Shown: positions 8,645-17,745 of the stretch, in pieces | Layout: each line of letters begins with the position of its first letter | How positions within the stretch are numbered: the first letter of the stretch is position 1 | Source of the DNA: Leptolyngbyaceae cyanobacterium | GTDB taxonomy: Bacteria > Cyanobacteriota > Cyanobacteriia > Phormidesmidales > Phormidesmidaceae | Direction of reading: 5' to 3' | DNA: 64,000 bases | Assembly (NCBI GenBank): GCA_050331235.1 | Contig: JBHJHA010000020.1 | Location: 1-64,000 of the forward strand | Notes under the pieces: generated by a model | Databases searched by the model: none | What the model saw: the letters and a program-made list of their open reading frames with translations, nothing else | Told to the model about the DNA's origin: nothing | Made by a program: the position numbers and the translations under genes

Positions 8645-10063
8645 TTAGTCCACAGGGACCGTGGAGGCTTCCGAGGCATCTGCGGCTGTCACATCCTGAC
8701 CACTCAAAGCCCATTGCAGCAAGGGCGGCGCAATGAACGTAGTCAAAATCACCATAACGATAATGGCGGCTTCGAGGGGCTTGTCTAAGACGCCGCTGGC
8801 CGAGCCAATGCCCGCAAATACCAAGCCGACTTCTCCCCGAGGGACCATCCCGATGCCGATCGCCAATCGATTGATGCCTGGTTTGCCAAACACGACCCAG
8901 CCAGTAACCACCTTGCCCACGATGGCAACGGCAATCAAAAAGGCGGCAATGATCAGGCCGGCTCGATTTTCCGGCACCGCCGGATTCAGCACACCGAGGT
9001 CAGCTTTAGCCCCCACCGTGACAAAGAAAATCGGCACCAAGATGTCGGCAATGGGCATGACCTGGTAGTCGAGCTCCTTGCGCCGGTCTGTTTCATCCAG
9101 CACTAGACCGGCTGCAAAAGCACCCAAAATCGCCTCCAGATGAATCACATTGGCCAAAAACGCCATCGCCAACGCAAAGGTAAAGGCGGGGATCAAAAGG
9201 GCACCTCGGGTCTGCAAACGATCCGCGATCGCCTCAAAGCTTTGGTTGAAAAACTTACCCAGTAGCACCGAGCCTAATAGGAAAGTGCTCGCGCTGACAA
9301 TCAGGTAAATCACATTCCACAGGTCGACCGCTCCTGTCTTGGACAAGCTAGCCACCACCGCCAGTACGATGATGCCGAGCACATCGTCCATGACAGCCGC
9401 CCCAACAATGATTTGGCCCTCAGTTGACTTTAAATGGCCGAGCTCCGACAGCACCTTTGACGTGATGCCAATGCTTGTAGCGGTCAGGGCCGCACCCGCA
9501 AAAACAGCAGGAATCACCGGCGTATGGAACAGCGTCACCAGTCCGACCGTGCCCAACACAAACGGAGCGACCACCCCCACCACGGCCACAATTGCCGCCT
9601 GAGACCCCACCTTTGTTAGCTCTCGCAAATCTGACTCCAGGCCAATCTCAAAGAGCAGGACAATAACGCCGAGCTCAGCCAGAACTGAAATCACCTCGCT
9701 CTGGCTGGTAAAAATATGGGTCATGGCTTCAGCATCTAAATCGCCCAGCCACTGCAGACCCGACATGATGACCGAGTCCGCCGCCGCCGCACCCGTTTCT
9801 GGAAAAACGATTAAGTGAAGCGCTGAAACCCCAACAACCACCCCACCCACTAACTCACCCAAAACTGGCGGTAGGTCCAGCCGTTTGGAGAGTTCTCCGC
9901 CCAGCTTGCTCATTAGGTAGACCACAACTAGCGTGACTAACACGCCCGCCAGCACAAAAGAGCCATAATCGGCCTCGGGGGTTGCTGCAAATAAAGAGGT
10001 GGCAGGAGCCAAGACATCGATACCGAATATCGCGGCCACATTATCCATGAAGTTCGAAATCAT
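8645..10063 (-). CDS. nhaS3: CPA2-family Na+/H+ antiporter (NhaS3/NapA type)
   Basis: LLFEIGLES, ATSIGIT, AAVMDDVLG and GMVPRGEVGLVFA. Confidence 0.88.
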   Translation of the reverse strand: MISNFMDNVAAIFGIDVLAPATSLFAATPEADYGSFVLAGVLVTLVVVYLMSKLGGELSKRLDLPPVLGELVGGVVVGVSALHLIVFPETGAAAADSVIMSGLQWLGDLDAEAMTHIFTSQSEVISVLAELGVIVLLFEIGLESDLRELTKVGSQAAIVAVVGVVAPFVLGTVGLVTLFHTPVIPAVFAGAALTATSIGITSKVLSELGHLKSTEGQIIVGAAVMDDVLGIIVLAVVASLSKTGAVDLWNVIYLIVSASTFLLGSVLLGKFFNQSFEAIADRLQTRGALLIPAFTFALAMAFLANVIHLEAILGAFAAGLVLDETDRRKELDYQVMPIADILVPIFFVTVGAKADLGVLNPAVPENRAGLIIAAFLIAVAIVGKVVTGWVVFGKPGINRLAIGIGMVPRGEVGLVFAGIGSASGVLDKPLEAAIIVMVILTTFIAPPLLQWALSGQDVTAADASEASTVPVD

Positions 10064-10175
10064 TGACAGTCTCTAAACGACAAAAGAGCATTGAAAACAA
10101 TCAGTAGGCATATCAGGGGCTGAGCGCCCTACTTGTGAATCAAAAGTCAGCCGGCTACAGGTCTGATCTCGCAGC

Positions 10176-11888
10176 TCAGACCTGCGGCTCTACCTTAGGA
10201 GAAGTGGCGGAATTACCAAAGTCGGAGGGCACAGCCTGCCCCGTGGGGACGGCAGCACTTACCGCATCTTTTAGGGCTTCTTCACGGCTGGCGTAGAGGC
10301 TACCAGATGGCAGTGAGTTAAAGACTTTGAGCTTGCCGAGACGGCGTTTGGTTTGCCCAGAGGCACCAACGACATAGACCTGGCGCTCCTCGTCTAGCGC
10401 TTCCTGCATCGCATTTTCGAGGGCAAGGGAAGCCGTTACACCCATGTGCGGCACCTCCGTCAGATCAAAGATGATGGCGTCACAGTCGCGGATGGCATTG
10501 TGCTCTCGGCTAATGGCTTTGGCCACCCCAAAGATCATAGGTCCGCTGAGTTGAAAGAGGAGAACGCGGCCATTGCCTTCATCCAGCCAGCGCTTTTCAT
10601 CGTTGGTCAAGCGCACGGTATCATCAGCATCGCTAATCACCTGCACCGACTCAGCCTGAATCGCACTCATCTTTTCAATGGTGAGGATGTTAGCCACAAA
10701 GACCCCAATCCCTACGGCGGTAATCAAGTCGACTAGTACGGTCAGGATGATGACACCGTACATAATCAGCGCTGCTTTAATGGAAATTTGGTGGGCTCGT
10801 TTCAGAAAATCCCAGTCGATGATGTCGATACCGACCTTGAGGGCAATGCCCGCGAGAACGGCCAGGGGAATCACCGCCGCCAAATCCGCCGCTGCCAAAA
10901 TCACAACCAGCAGGATAAAGGCCCGAGAGAGGCCAGACAGCGCCGTGCGCCCTCCAGCTTGAATGTTGACTACAGTGCCCATGGTGGCTCCTGCACCGGC
11001 AATACCGCCAAATAGACCGGACGCTAGGTTACCGAGACCTTGGCCGATCAACTCTTTGTTGGAGTCGTGCTCTGTTCGCGTCAAGCTGTCGGCAACTAAC
11101 GAAGTTAATAGCGCATCAATGCAGCCCAACATGCCTAATACAGCCGCGTCTACAAACATTAGCTGGAGCTGATTAAGGCTGAAAGTGGGCGTTTGCAGAG
11201 CCGGAAAGCCTGCAGAGATTTCGCCAATGCGGCGAATGTCAGTGCCTGGAAACAGCGTCAGCGAGAGAATCGTACCGGCAATCAGTGCTACGAGCTGAGG
11301 CGGAACGATGCGCTTAAGTTTGGAGGGCATCAACCAAATGATGGCCACCGCCACCGCCGCCAAAATCGTTTCGGCGGGCTGAATATTGGCTAGTAGCTCA
11401 GGTAGCGATCGCAGGGTTCCCACAACGCCCCCAGCAGGGCTGGCCTGCCCTAAAAAGGGTGCCGTCTGCAGAATAATTAGAATAATCCCGATGCCAGACA
11501 TAAAGCCTGAGATCACGGTGTAAGGCATCATCGTGACGTATTTACCCAGCCGCAGTGCCCCAAAAATAATTTGGAAAACACCGGCCATCATCACCACGGT
11601 AAATGCCATGGCCATGCCGTTTTCAGGATTGCTGGCGGTCAGGTTAGCAATGACTGCAGTCATCACCACGGTCATGGGACCAGTGGGCTCAGAAATCAGA
11701 GTCGGCGTGCCCCCAAACAGAGCCGCAAAGAACCCTACCAATACTGCGCCCCAGAGCCCCGCCGAGGCCCCCGCCCCAGAGGCCACACCAAAGGCCAGCG
11801 CCATAGGCAACGCAATTACGGCAGCGGTAACCCCACCAAAGAGATCACCGCGTAGATTTCGGAAATTTATCCGGTTAGTTATCTGCAT
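10176..11888 (-). CDS. bicA: SulP-family Na+-dependent bicarbonate transporter with STAS domain
   Basis: MQITNRINFRNLRGDLFGG...ISEPTGPM; GAGATMGTVVNI; C-terminal STAS (LSGPMIFG); first gene of the nhaS3-mrp operon. Confidence 0.92.
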   Translation of the reverse strand: MQITNRINFRNLRGDLFGGVTAAVIALPMALAFGVASGAGASAGLWGAVLVGFFAALFGGTPTLISEPTGPMTVVMTAVIANLTASNPENGMAMAFTVVMMAGVFQIIFGALRLGKYVTMMPYTVISGFMSGIGIILIILQTAPFLGQASPAGGVVGTLRSLPELLANIQPAETILAAVAVAIIWLMPSKLKRIVPPQLVALIAGTILSLTLFPGTDIRRIGEISAGFPALQTPTFSLNQLQLMFVDAAVLGMLGCIDALLTSLVADSLTRTEHDSNKELIGQGLGNLASGLFGGIAGAGATMGTVVNIQAGGRTALSGLSRAFILLVVILAAADLAAVIPLAVLAGIALKVGIDIIDWDFLKRAHQISIKAALIMYGVIILTVLVDLITAVGIGVFVANILTIEKMSAIQAESVQVISDADDTVRLTNDEKRWLDEGNGRVLLFQLSGPMIFGVAKAISREHNAIRDCDAIIFDLTEVPHMGVTASLALENAMQEALDEERQVYVVGASGQTKRRLGKLKVFNSLPSGSLYASREEALKDAVSAAVPTGQAVPSDFGNSATSPKVEPQV

Positions 11889-11990
11889 AAACCCCCCTTC
11901 AGCGACACATCGAACTCAAACAACAGTGGCCGAATAGCCTGAAATCGTTGCGATAGCGCTCCGTCAGACTAAGCAAGCCTAAAACTCTCG

Positions 11991-12037
11991 ATAGATAAAA
12001 AGCTATGCAGAACTTTTTATCATTAACTTGAGTCTAT
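11991..12037 (-). promoter_or_regulatory. Two NdhR/CcmR (LysR) binding sites upstream of bicA
   Basis: Perfect ATAG-N8-CTAT at 11991-12006 and near-match ATTA-N8-CTAT at 12022-12037. Confidence 0.75.
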
Positions 12038-12787
12038 GACTGAAGCGAGCGGACTGCAACTAAGGGGTGCCTATGGATTTTTATTTATGCTAGAAGTCTT
12101 GCTTATGTTTCAGGGCTGCAAACTGAGATTCCAAGCACCCAAGGCGGTGTTTACTTTGAGAGCCTGCCTAGAACTCAGGTGATAACTATAGAAGCACTTG
12201 AGTTGCTCCAGTTGCGGTGTCGCTACGGAGCTCTGCATGGCAGGGGCTAAATCAGAGCCGATCAAGCGATCCGAACTATGGCGAAGGTTCTTAGCGTGGC
12301 TGCAGTTCGTGATGCCAGGGTGATGTCCACGCTATTTGGCCATTACTAACTGATTGAGCGATCGCCCACCTTTTCCTGTTTGATATCTGGGCGGCATTGC
12401 CGTTTGCGGCAACTGGTTTGGGCTTTCAACAGAGATACTAGAGTCGTCGGAGTTTGTAGCCATCGCGACCTTGCGTTGGTCAGACAACTTCGCCTCGGTT
12501 GGCAGTTAATAAAAATACCCGCGATCGCAAGCCAGTAGATTATGCTGCTCATCCCCGCCAACAACGCCCAAACGATTCCTCCAAGCCAGTGAACTATCCA
12601 GTTACACAGAGTTCGTACAAAAGTTTGTATCAGCCCCACGGCTTAGATTCATAAATTGCTTACTTTTAGCGTGAGGTAACTAGTAAGTTGCAGGGGGAAC
12701 GCCAAGATCAGCACTTTACAGCGCCCCCAACTGAGTCCGGCTTTGTAGCAAGTCACGCCCATATTGGTTGCCCTCTGGAGAATGCCC

Positions 12788-15700
12788 ATGAAGTTGCCCC
12801 TGTTTGACCGCATCCATTTGCATCAGGTTCCAGAAACTACCAATTGGCCTCAGTTGCTTGCCCCCCTGGTCAGTGACATAACCCGTGATGGAGCGATCAA
12901 TCCTAGCTTCGAGGCCGTGGGTGGCGACCAGTCTAGTCACATTGATCTAAATGGCTCGATGCCGTTGTGGCCGCAGCCAGCTGGGTTTCTCCCTGAGGCA
13001 GCAACGAATAAATTGGCACCAGTTGTCATCACAGCGGCAAATGCAATAATTGGCGCTACTGATACGGCATCAATAAATCGTCATTCCCTGGATCATCAGC
13101 TCAGCCAAAGGCCCGACTCTACCCGAGATCATGTCGGCAACCCACTGCTTGGACCCGATTTGCTAGGAAAGTATTTCAATATTGTGCAAGCGTCCTACCG
13201 GACCGGCGACACTTTAGAGGTTCAGTTCCAAGTAGGAAATGATGGCCGATCAGCTTCTGGCCCCTTTGATGTCAACTTTTATTTGTCGATCAACAACTAC
13301 ATCAGCCGCTTTGACTATCGCCTGGGCCGCTTCACCATTGCCAACATGGCGGGCAACACTGATAGCGGTTTGCTCACGGCCTTTCTCACGTTGCCGCCCC
13401 CCGAAGATACCTTTTGGGAAGATCTGAGCGATGGTCGCTATTCCATCGGCATGTCCATTGATCAGGCTGATGACGTGGCGGAAACCAACGAAGCCAACAA
13501 TCACAATCTTGGTCAATTTGCGGATTACGATAATTTACAGATCAGCCAAATTCGACCGGTCAACTTAACTGGCCAGCATTTCAATGTTGTCCAAGAGCCC
13601 CTCAGTGCTGGCGATCGCTTCGACCTTCAGTTTCGCGTGCAAAATACCGGGACCAATACCGCTGGTGAGTTTGATGTGCACTTCTATTTGTCAGGCGATG
13701 ACGATATCAGCCCTGCTGATTATAGTCTCGGCAGCTATACCCTCACAGGTATTGCCGGCAATCGTAGCAGCGATTTAACCAGTATTACCTGGGTATTGCC
13801 GGAAAAGGGCAATGCTGTTTGGGAAGGTCTTGGCGATGGCACTTACCACTTTGGTATGTATGTGGATCAAGCCAACGTGGTGGCTGAAACCGATGAAAGT
13901 GATAACCGCAATGTGAGCGAATTTGTCGACTCCGATAGCCTAATTATCAATGACACGGCAGCGATCGATTTGTCGGGTAAGTTTTTTAATGTCGTTCAAG
14001 AGCCCCTCAAGGTTGGTGACAGTTTTGATGTTGAGTTTCGGATACAAAACACCGAGGCGAGTACCTCCGGGGCGTTCGACGTGCATTTTTATCTATCAGC
14101 CAATGACTACATCAATCCGCGCGATCGATTCTTGGGTGGCTACACAATCAACAACATTGACGGCAACAGCAATAGCGAATTGCTCACGACCTCACTAGCA
14201 TTGCCGGAATCAGGCGATGCTTTTTGGCCGATGTCTGACGATGGAGCCTACACCATCGGAATGATTATTGACCCAGAGAGGACGATCGCCGAAACCACCG
14301 AAACTAACAACAGCAACCTGGGCGAATTTAAAGATTACGACGCTGTATGGATCAGCAACGATACCTTCGCTCAGTTTGGTGTGGTCGATGCCTCTGGCGA
14401 TAGCACCCTCGGCACCGTGTTTGATGATGGAGCGCTACGCCTGAGCTATGACTGGTCTGGCAGCGCCTCATCACTTTTTGAAATTCGTCTCGAGGCGCTG
14501 CAGAACGGCAACGTCATGGCCACCCTCGGGAGTTGGCGTGAAGCCTCCCTCACCGATGAACTGGTCGACCTAGCTGATATTCCAGGATTCATCGCGGGAG
14601 CCTATGATCTACGACTGGTGGCGAATAATACCGATGGTGAGGCATTTGTCTCGGCGTCTGAATCTATCAGTATCTTGCCTTGGCTGAGCAGCAGTGGCGA
14701 CTTTACTGCCGACACCCTCAACTACGATAGCGACCTTGGGTCGGGGGCCGTCTTTTTGGGGCGGGGAGGCACTGACACCCTTGACCTGTCAGGCATTGCG
14801 ACAACTGACGTGGCCCATATTAATGGAGTGAGCTTAGGGAGCTTTGCGGGCTCCACAGCGAATCAGGCCATTTTTGGCGGCACTGCCTTTGACTATCTCA
14901 CCCTAATGGATGGGCGCGAAGTTTATTTCCAGGGGATAGAAACGATCGCGTTTGCTGATACTGCAGTTGCTCTGTCAGTGCAGGCTGACGACCCTTATTT
15001 TGACGAACAATGGAACTTACACATTTCTGATGTGACCAGCGCCTGGCGCTTTACCCAAGGCAGCCGTGATGTCTTGTTGGCTTCCCTCGATAGCGGGGTT
15101 TTGACTGCTCCTGGGGCGAGCGGCGGGATTCACGATATTGCTTTAAGCCGCCTGATCACTGATCCAACGGACGACGACAACTTTGAAGGCTTCTATTCCT
15201 ATGGCCATGGCCACCAAGCAATTAGCGTAATGTCGTCTACAGTCAATAACTCAACCGGAGTGACCGGTATCAACTGGCATAGCGATATTTACGTGGCTGA
15301 TGTTTACTCGGGGGTAAGCCTCCAGCAGGCGATCACCGATGCGATCGCCCATGCCCGCGCAAACAATCAAAAAGTGGTCTTTCAAGGGGGCGTTCAGGGG
15401 GAGTTTTGGCTGACCAGCGGTGGCTCTCAAGCTGAGTTAGAGCAGCTCATTCAAGACAATGATGATGTCGCCCTGTTTGCGATCGCCGCCGGCAATGGCG
15501 GTCCGTCTGGCAACCTCAATGACCCTAACTATCTCACCAGTGTCAGCGGGGTCGGTAAGCTCGAGACCGCCTATGACAATGTTTTGTCGGTGGGAGCTCT
15601 GCAACATTCCGGTACCGGTACCGCTGACGGATTAACCAACGCCACCGGGGTCAATTTGGCAAACTACTCGAATCGCGGCTCTAACTTGACAATGGTAGCC

Positions 15701-16000
15701 GCCACGGACTCCCCCGCCATGGATAAGCTCAACTCTTTCAGCTACTTTGGTGGTACCTCTGCCGCTAACCCGAACCTAGCAGGTATTGCCTCCCTAGTCT
15801 GGAGCGTCAATGACAACTTGGACGGCGGCGACGTGCGTCAGATCATGATTGACACCGGGATGGATCTCGGCTCAACTGGACGCGACAATACCTACGGCCA
15901 TGGTCTAGTCAATGCTGATGCTGCCGTGCGCCGGGCTTGGGCGCTGGGTGCCGACGCCGGTCTAGCGGGTCTCTACGACAGCGGTCCATTTTTGGTCTAA
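12788..16000 (+). CDS. Subtilisin-like S8 serine protease with three CARDB/Ig-like repeats
   Basis: Catalytic triad LDSG / HGH / GGTSAA, oxyanion AAGNG; three ~135-aa repeats. Start uncertain (GGAG precedes the ATG at 12788). Confidence 0.85.
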   Translation: MKLPLFDRIHLHQVPETTNWPQLLAPLVSDITRDGAINPSFEAVGGDQSSHIDLNGSMPLWPQPAGFLPEAATNKLAPVVITAANAIIGATDTASINRHSLDHQLSQRPDSTRDHVGNPLLGPDLLGKYFNIVQASYRTGDTLEVQFQVGNDGRSASGPFDVNFYLSINNYISRFDYRLGRFTIANMAGNTDSGLLTAFLTLPPPEDTFWEDLSDGRYSIGMSIDQADDVAETNEANNHNLGQFADYDNLQISQIRPVNLTGQHFNVVQEPLSAGDRFDLQFRVQNTGTNTAGEFDVHFYLSGDDDISPADYSLGSYTLTGIAGNRSSDLTSITWVLPEKGNAVWEGLGDGTYHFGMYVDQANVVAETDESDNRNVSEFVDSDSLIINDTAAIDLSGKFFNVVQEPLKVGDSFDVEFRIQNTEASTSGAFDVHFYLSANDYINPRDRFLGGYTINNIDGNSNSELLTTSLALPESGDAFWPMSDDGAYTIGMIIDPERTIAETTETNNSNLGEFKDYDAVWISNDTFAQFGVVDASGDSTLGTVFDDGALRLSYDWSGSASSLFEIRLEALQNGNVMATLGSWREASLTDELVDLADIPGFIAGAYDLRLVANNTDGEAFVSASESISILPWLSSSGDFTADTLNYDSDLGSGAVFLGRGGTDTLDLSGIATTDVAHINGVSLGSFAGSTANQAIFGGTAFDYLTLMDGREVYFQGIETIAFADTAVALSVQADDPYFDEQWNLHISDVTSAWRFTQGSRDVLLASLDSGVLTAPGASGGIHDIALSRLITDPTDDDNFEGFYSYGHGHQAISVMSSTVNNSTGVTGINWHSDIYVADVYSGVSLQQAITDAIAHARANNQKVVFQGGVQGEFWLTSGGSQAELEQLIQDNDDVALFAIAAGNGGPSGNLNDPNYLTSVSGVGKLETAYDNVLSVGALQHSGTGTADGLTNATGVNLANYSNRGSNLTMVAATDSPAMDKLNSFSYFGGTSAANPNLAGIASLVWSVNDNLDGGDVRQIMIDTGMDLGSTGRDNTYGHGLVNADAAVRRAWALGADAGLAGLYDSGPFLV
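13154..14350 (+). repeat. Three in-frame tandem domain repeats with a 405-nt period
   Basis: Units start PDLLGKYFNIVQ (13154), VNLTGQHFNVVQ (13559) and IDLSGKFFNVVQ (13964). Each contains FDVxFYLS and an E-T-x-E-x-x-N motif. Confidence 0.85.
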
Positions 16001-16174
16001 TGCCAAGGCCTCATGGTTAAGTTGAGAAACTAGCCTGGCACAGATTGAGGATTCCCTGCTGTCGCCACTCCCTTGAAAATTAGCTATGCATCAATTATTG
16101 GAAACAGATTGACCTTGAAGGCGAGCCAATCCTGCTGTCATAACTGTGGTACAACCGCTGGCTCTGCAGTCGCT

Positions 16175-16711
16175 TTAGCAGCGCTGCTCCAAATATTGGC
16201 CGATCATAATTTCCTCACCGGCTCGCGAAATGATGGTCTGGCGCGTGCGAGTCGACTCCCCAATCAGCCTGATTTCTTCTTCGAAGCTGGAGCCGTTGTA
16301 GGCGGTCTTGAGCACCATAGCCCGGGGCTCGTGAAAGATAAAGTCAGCGGTCACCGGCTTAGAGGTGGCAAATCCGCGATCGCGGTATAGAGTCGTGCCC
16401 CGAACGCCAAATACAGTGGAGCCACGTACGGGCTTTTTGTCGGTGTGGATGTAATTACTCTCCCAAGACACCTGTGCCCCGCAAACCAAGGGCGTACGCT
16501 CAGGCAACTTGTGTAGCTGATGAAGTTCCTCTAGCTCAGAAGTCCCAGCCGCCAAAAACTTGATAGTGATGTAGCTGACCACTTCCTGCACGTCACCACT
16601 CTTAAGGGTGTAATAGCGCCGCTTAGAGCGCCAATCGACCGCACAAGTTTGAAAGAAAGAAGCCACTAATGGCTCCGCCAAAATACGGGCAGTGTCTAAG
16701 GTGTAGGGCAT
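16175..16711 (-). CDS. CpcS/CpeS-family phycobiliprotein lyase (CpcV-like)
   Basis: FF...WRSKRRYY, YRDRGFAT and FEEEIRLIG...RTRQTIISRAGEE. Confidence 0.8.
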   Translation of the reverse strand: MPYTLDTARILAEPLVASFFQTCAVDWRSKRRYYTLKSGDVQEVVSYITIKFLAAGTSELEELHQLHKLPERTPLVCGAQVSWESNYIHTDKKPVRGSTVFGVRGTTLYRDRGFATSKPVTADFIFHEPRAMVLKTAYNGSSFEEEIRLIGESTRTRQTIISRAGEEIMIGQYLEQRC

Positions 16712-16766
16712 AAGTATCCGCCGAAACGATTAGAAGAAAAAAAGGGGGGAGGAGCGCTTACCGTTA

Positions 16767-16784
16767 ATTGTTAACTTTTGTAAC
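16767..16784 (-). promoter_or_regulatory. Possible RpaB HLR1 site upstream of the lyase
   Basis: Minus strand GTTACAAA-AG-TTAACAAT; one mismatch to the (G/T)TTACA(T/A)(T/A)-N2 repeat. Confidence 0.4.
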
Positions 16785-17033
16785 CTGACTCAATGCTATC
16801 GATCTGTTCCCAAATTGACAACTTGCCAATCAGTCGCAGATCTTTTCGCTGTACTGGAGTTTGAGTCGCTAGTACGATTCGATAGTACTGATCGCACCCG
16901 GGCAAACTGCTTCATTCGCTACCGCAGGGTGTAAAAGATCGCTAAAGCGGCAGTTAAGCGGTCTCAACCCGCAAATAGAAACCTTAAGATGGAATGGAAT
17001 TAATGCATTCTTTAGGTTTTTGGGTCGTCCTCT

Positions 17034-17591
17034 GTGCCTTCTCCTCCCTTTTTCGATCGCTCGTCGTCCACCCCGGTTTCTAAGAACGCTTTGTCTAATC
17101 TGCCCCCGTCGCGCCCACTCGGTGTTCGGCTCAAGCGCCAGGCTCGATATATCTATTTAAGGTTCATTCGCCTACGGGGCCATCCTACCGAGTTAGCCCG
17201 TGGGTTGGCTGCCGGTGTCTTCGCCGGCATGTTTCCCCTATTCGGATTACAGACGATTATGGGAGTGGCGATCGCCCTGCGCATCAAAGGCAATCCGCTG
17301 ATGGCCGCTGGCGGCACCTGGATTAGCAATCCCCTGACCTACCTGCCAATTTACGCGTTTAACTACCGACTGGGCTGTTGGATTTTGGGCCGGCCCGCCG
17401 TCAATCTGTTTACCGACGTCGAGTCTCTCAAAGTTTGGCTCGAAGCCAGTGCCGATGTCGGCGTGGCGCTTATGTTGGGCAGCTTCGTGATGGGATTGAT
17501 TTTTGGCGTCAGCAGCTACTTTGCCGGCCTACCGTTGATTCGCCGAGTACGCCGCCGCTACCGGCAAGTGCGCCATTCTGAAGCGTCTTAG
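17034..17591 (+). CDS. DUF2062-family membrane protein
   Basis: LARGLAAGVFAGMFPLFGLQT and TWISNPLT. Confidence 0.85.
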   Translation: MPSPPFFDRSSSTPVSKNALSNLPPSRPLGVRLKRQARYIYLRFIRLRGHPTELARGLAAGVFAGMFPLFGLQTIMGVAIALRIKGNPLMAAGGTWISNPLTYLPIYAFNYRLGCWILGRPAVNLFTDVESLKVWLEASADVGVALMLGSFVMGLIFGVSSYFAGLPLIRRVRRRYRQVRHSEAS

Positions 17592-17672
17592 CCGCTTGCT
17601 ACGCGGACTCACAACCAGTCACGAGGTGGGACTGGCAATTTGTATCCGTTGATAACGGTCAAACTGGGGTCA

Positions 17673-17704
17673 TAGACCTTCCAGTGAACTGGAGTATCTA
17701 TTAT
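17673..17704 (+). promoter_or_regulatory. MerR/CueR-type metal-responsive promoter
   Basis: -35-like TAGACC, a 20-nt spacer containing the dyad TCCAGT-GA-ACTGGA (17680-17693), and -10 TATTAT. Confidence 0.7.
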
Positions 17705-17745
17705 AGGGATATTCCTGTCAGTGGCTGGCGATCGCCCTGTGAACC

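Noticed and set aside
12346..12639. 97-aa minus-strand ORF
   Set aside because: No family features or SD seen; cannot be supported, though not excluded.
16871..16889. AGTAC...GTACT dyad as a LexA box
   Set aside because: Spacer is too long for the cyanobacterial LexA consensus.
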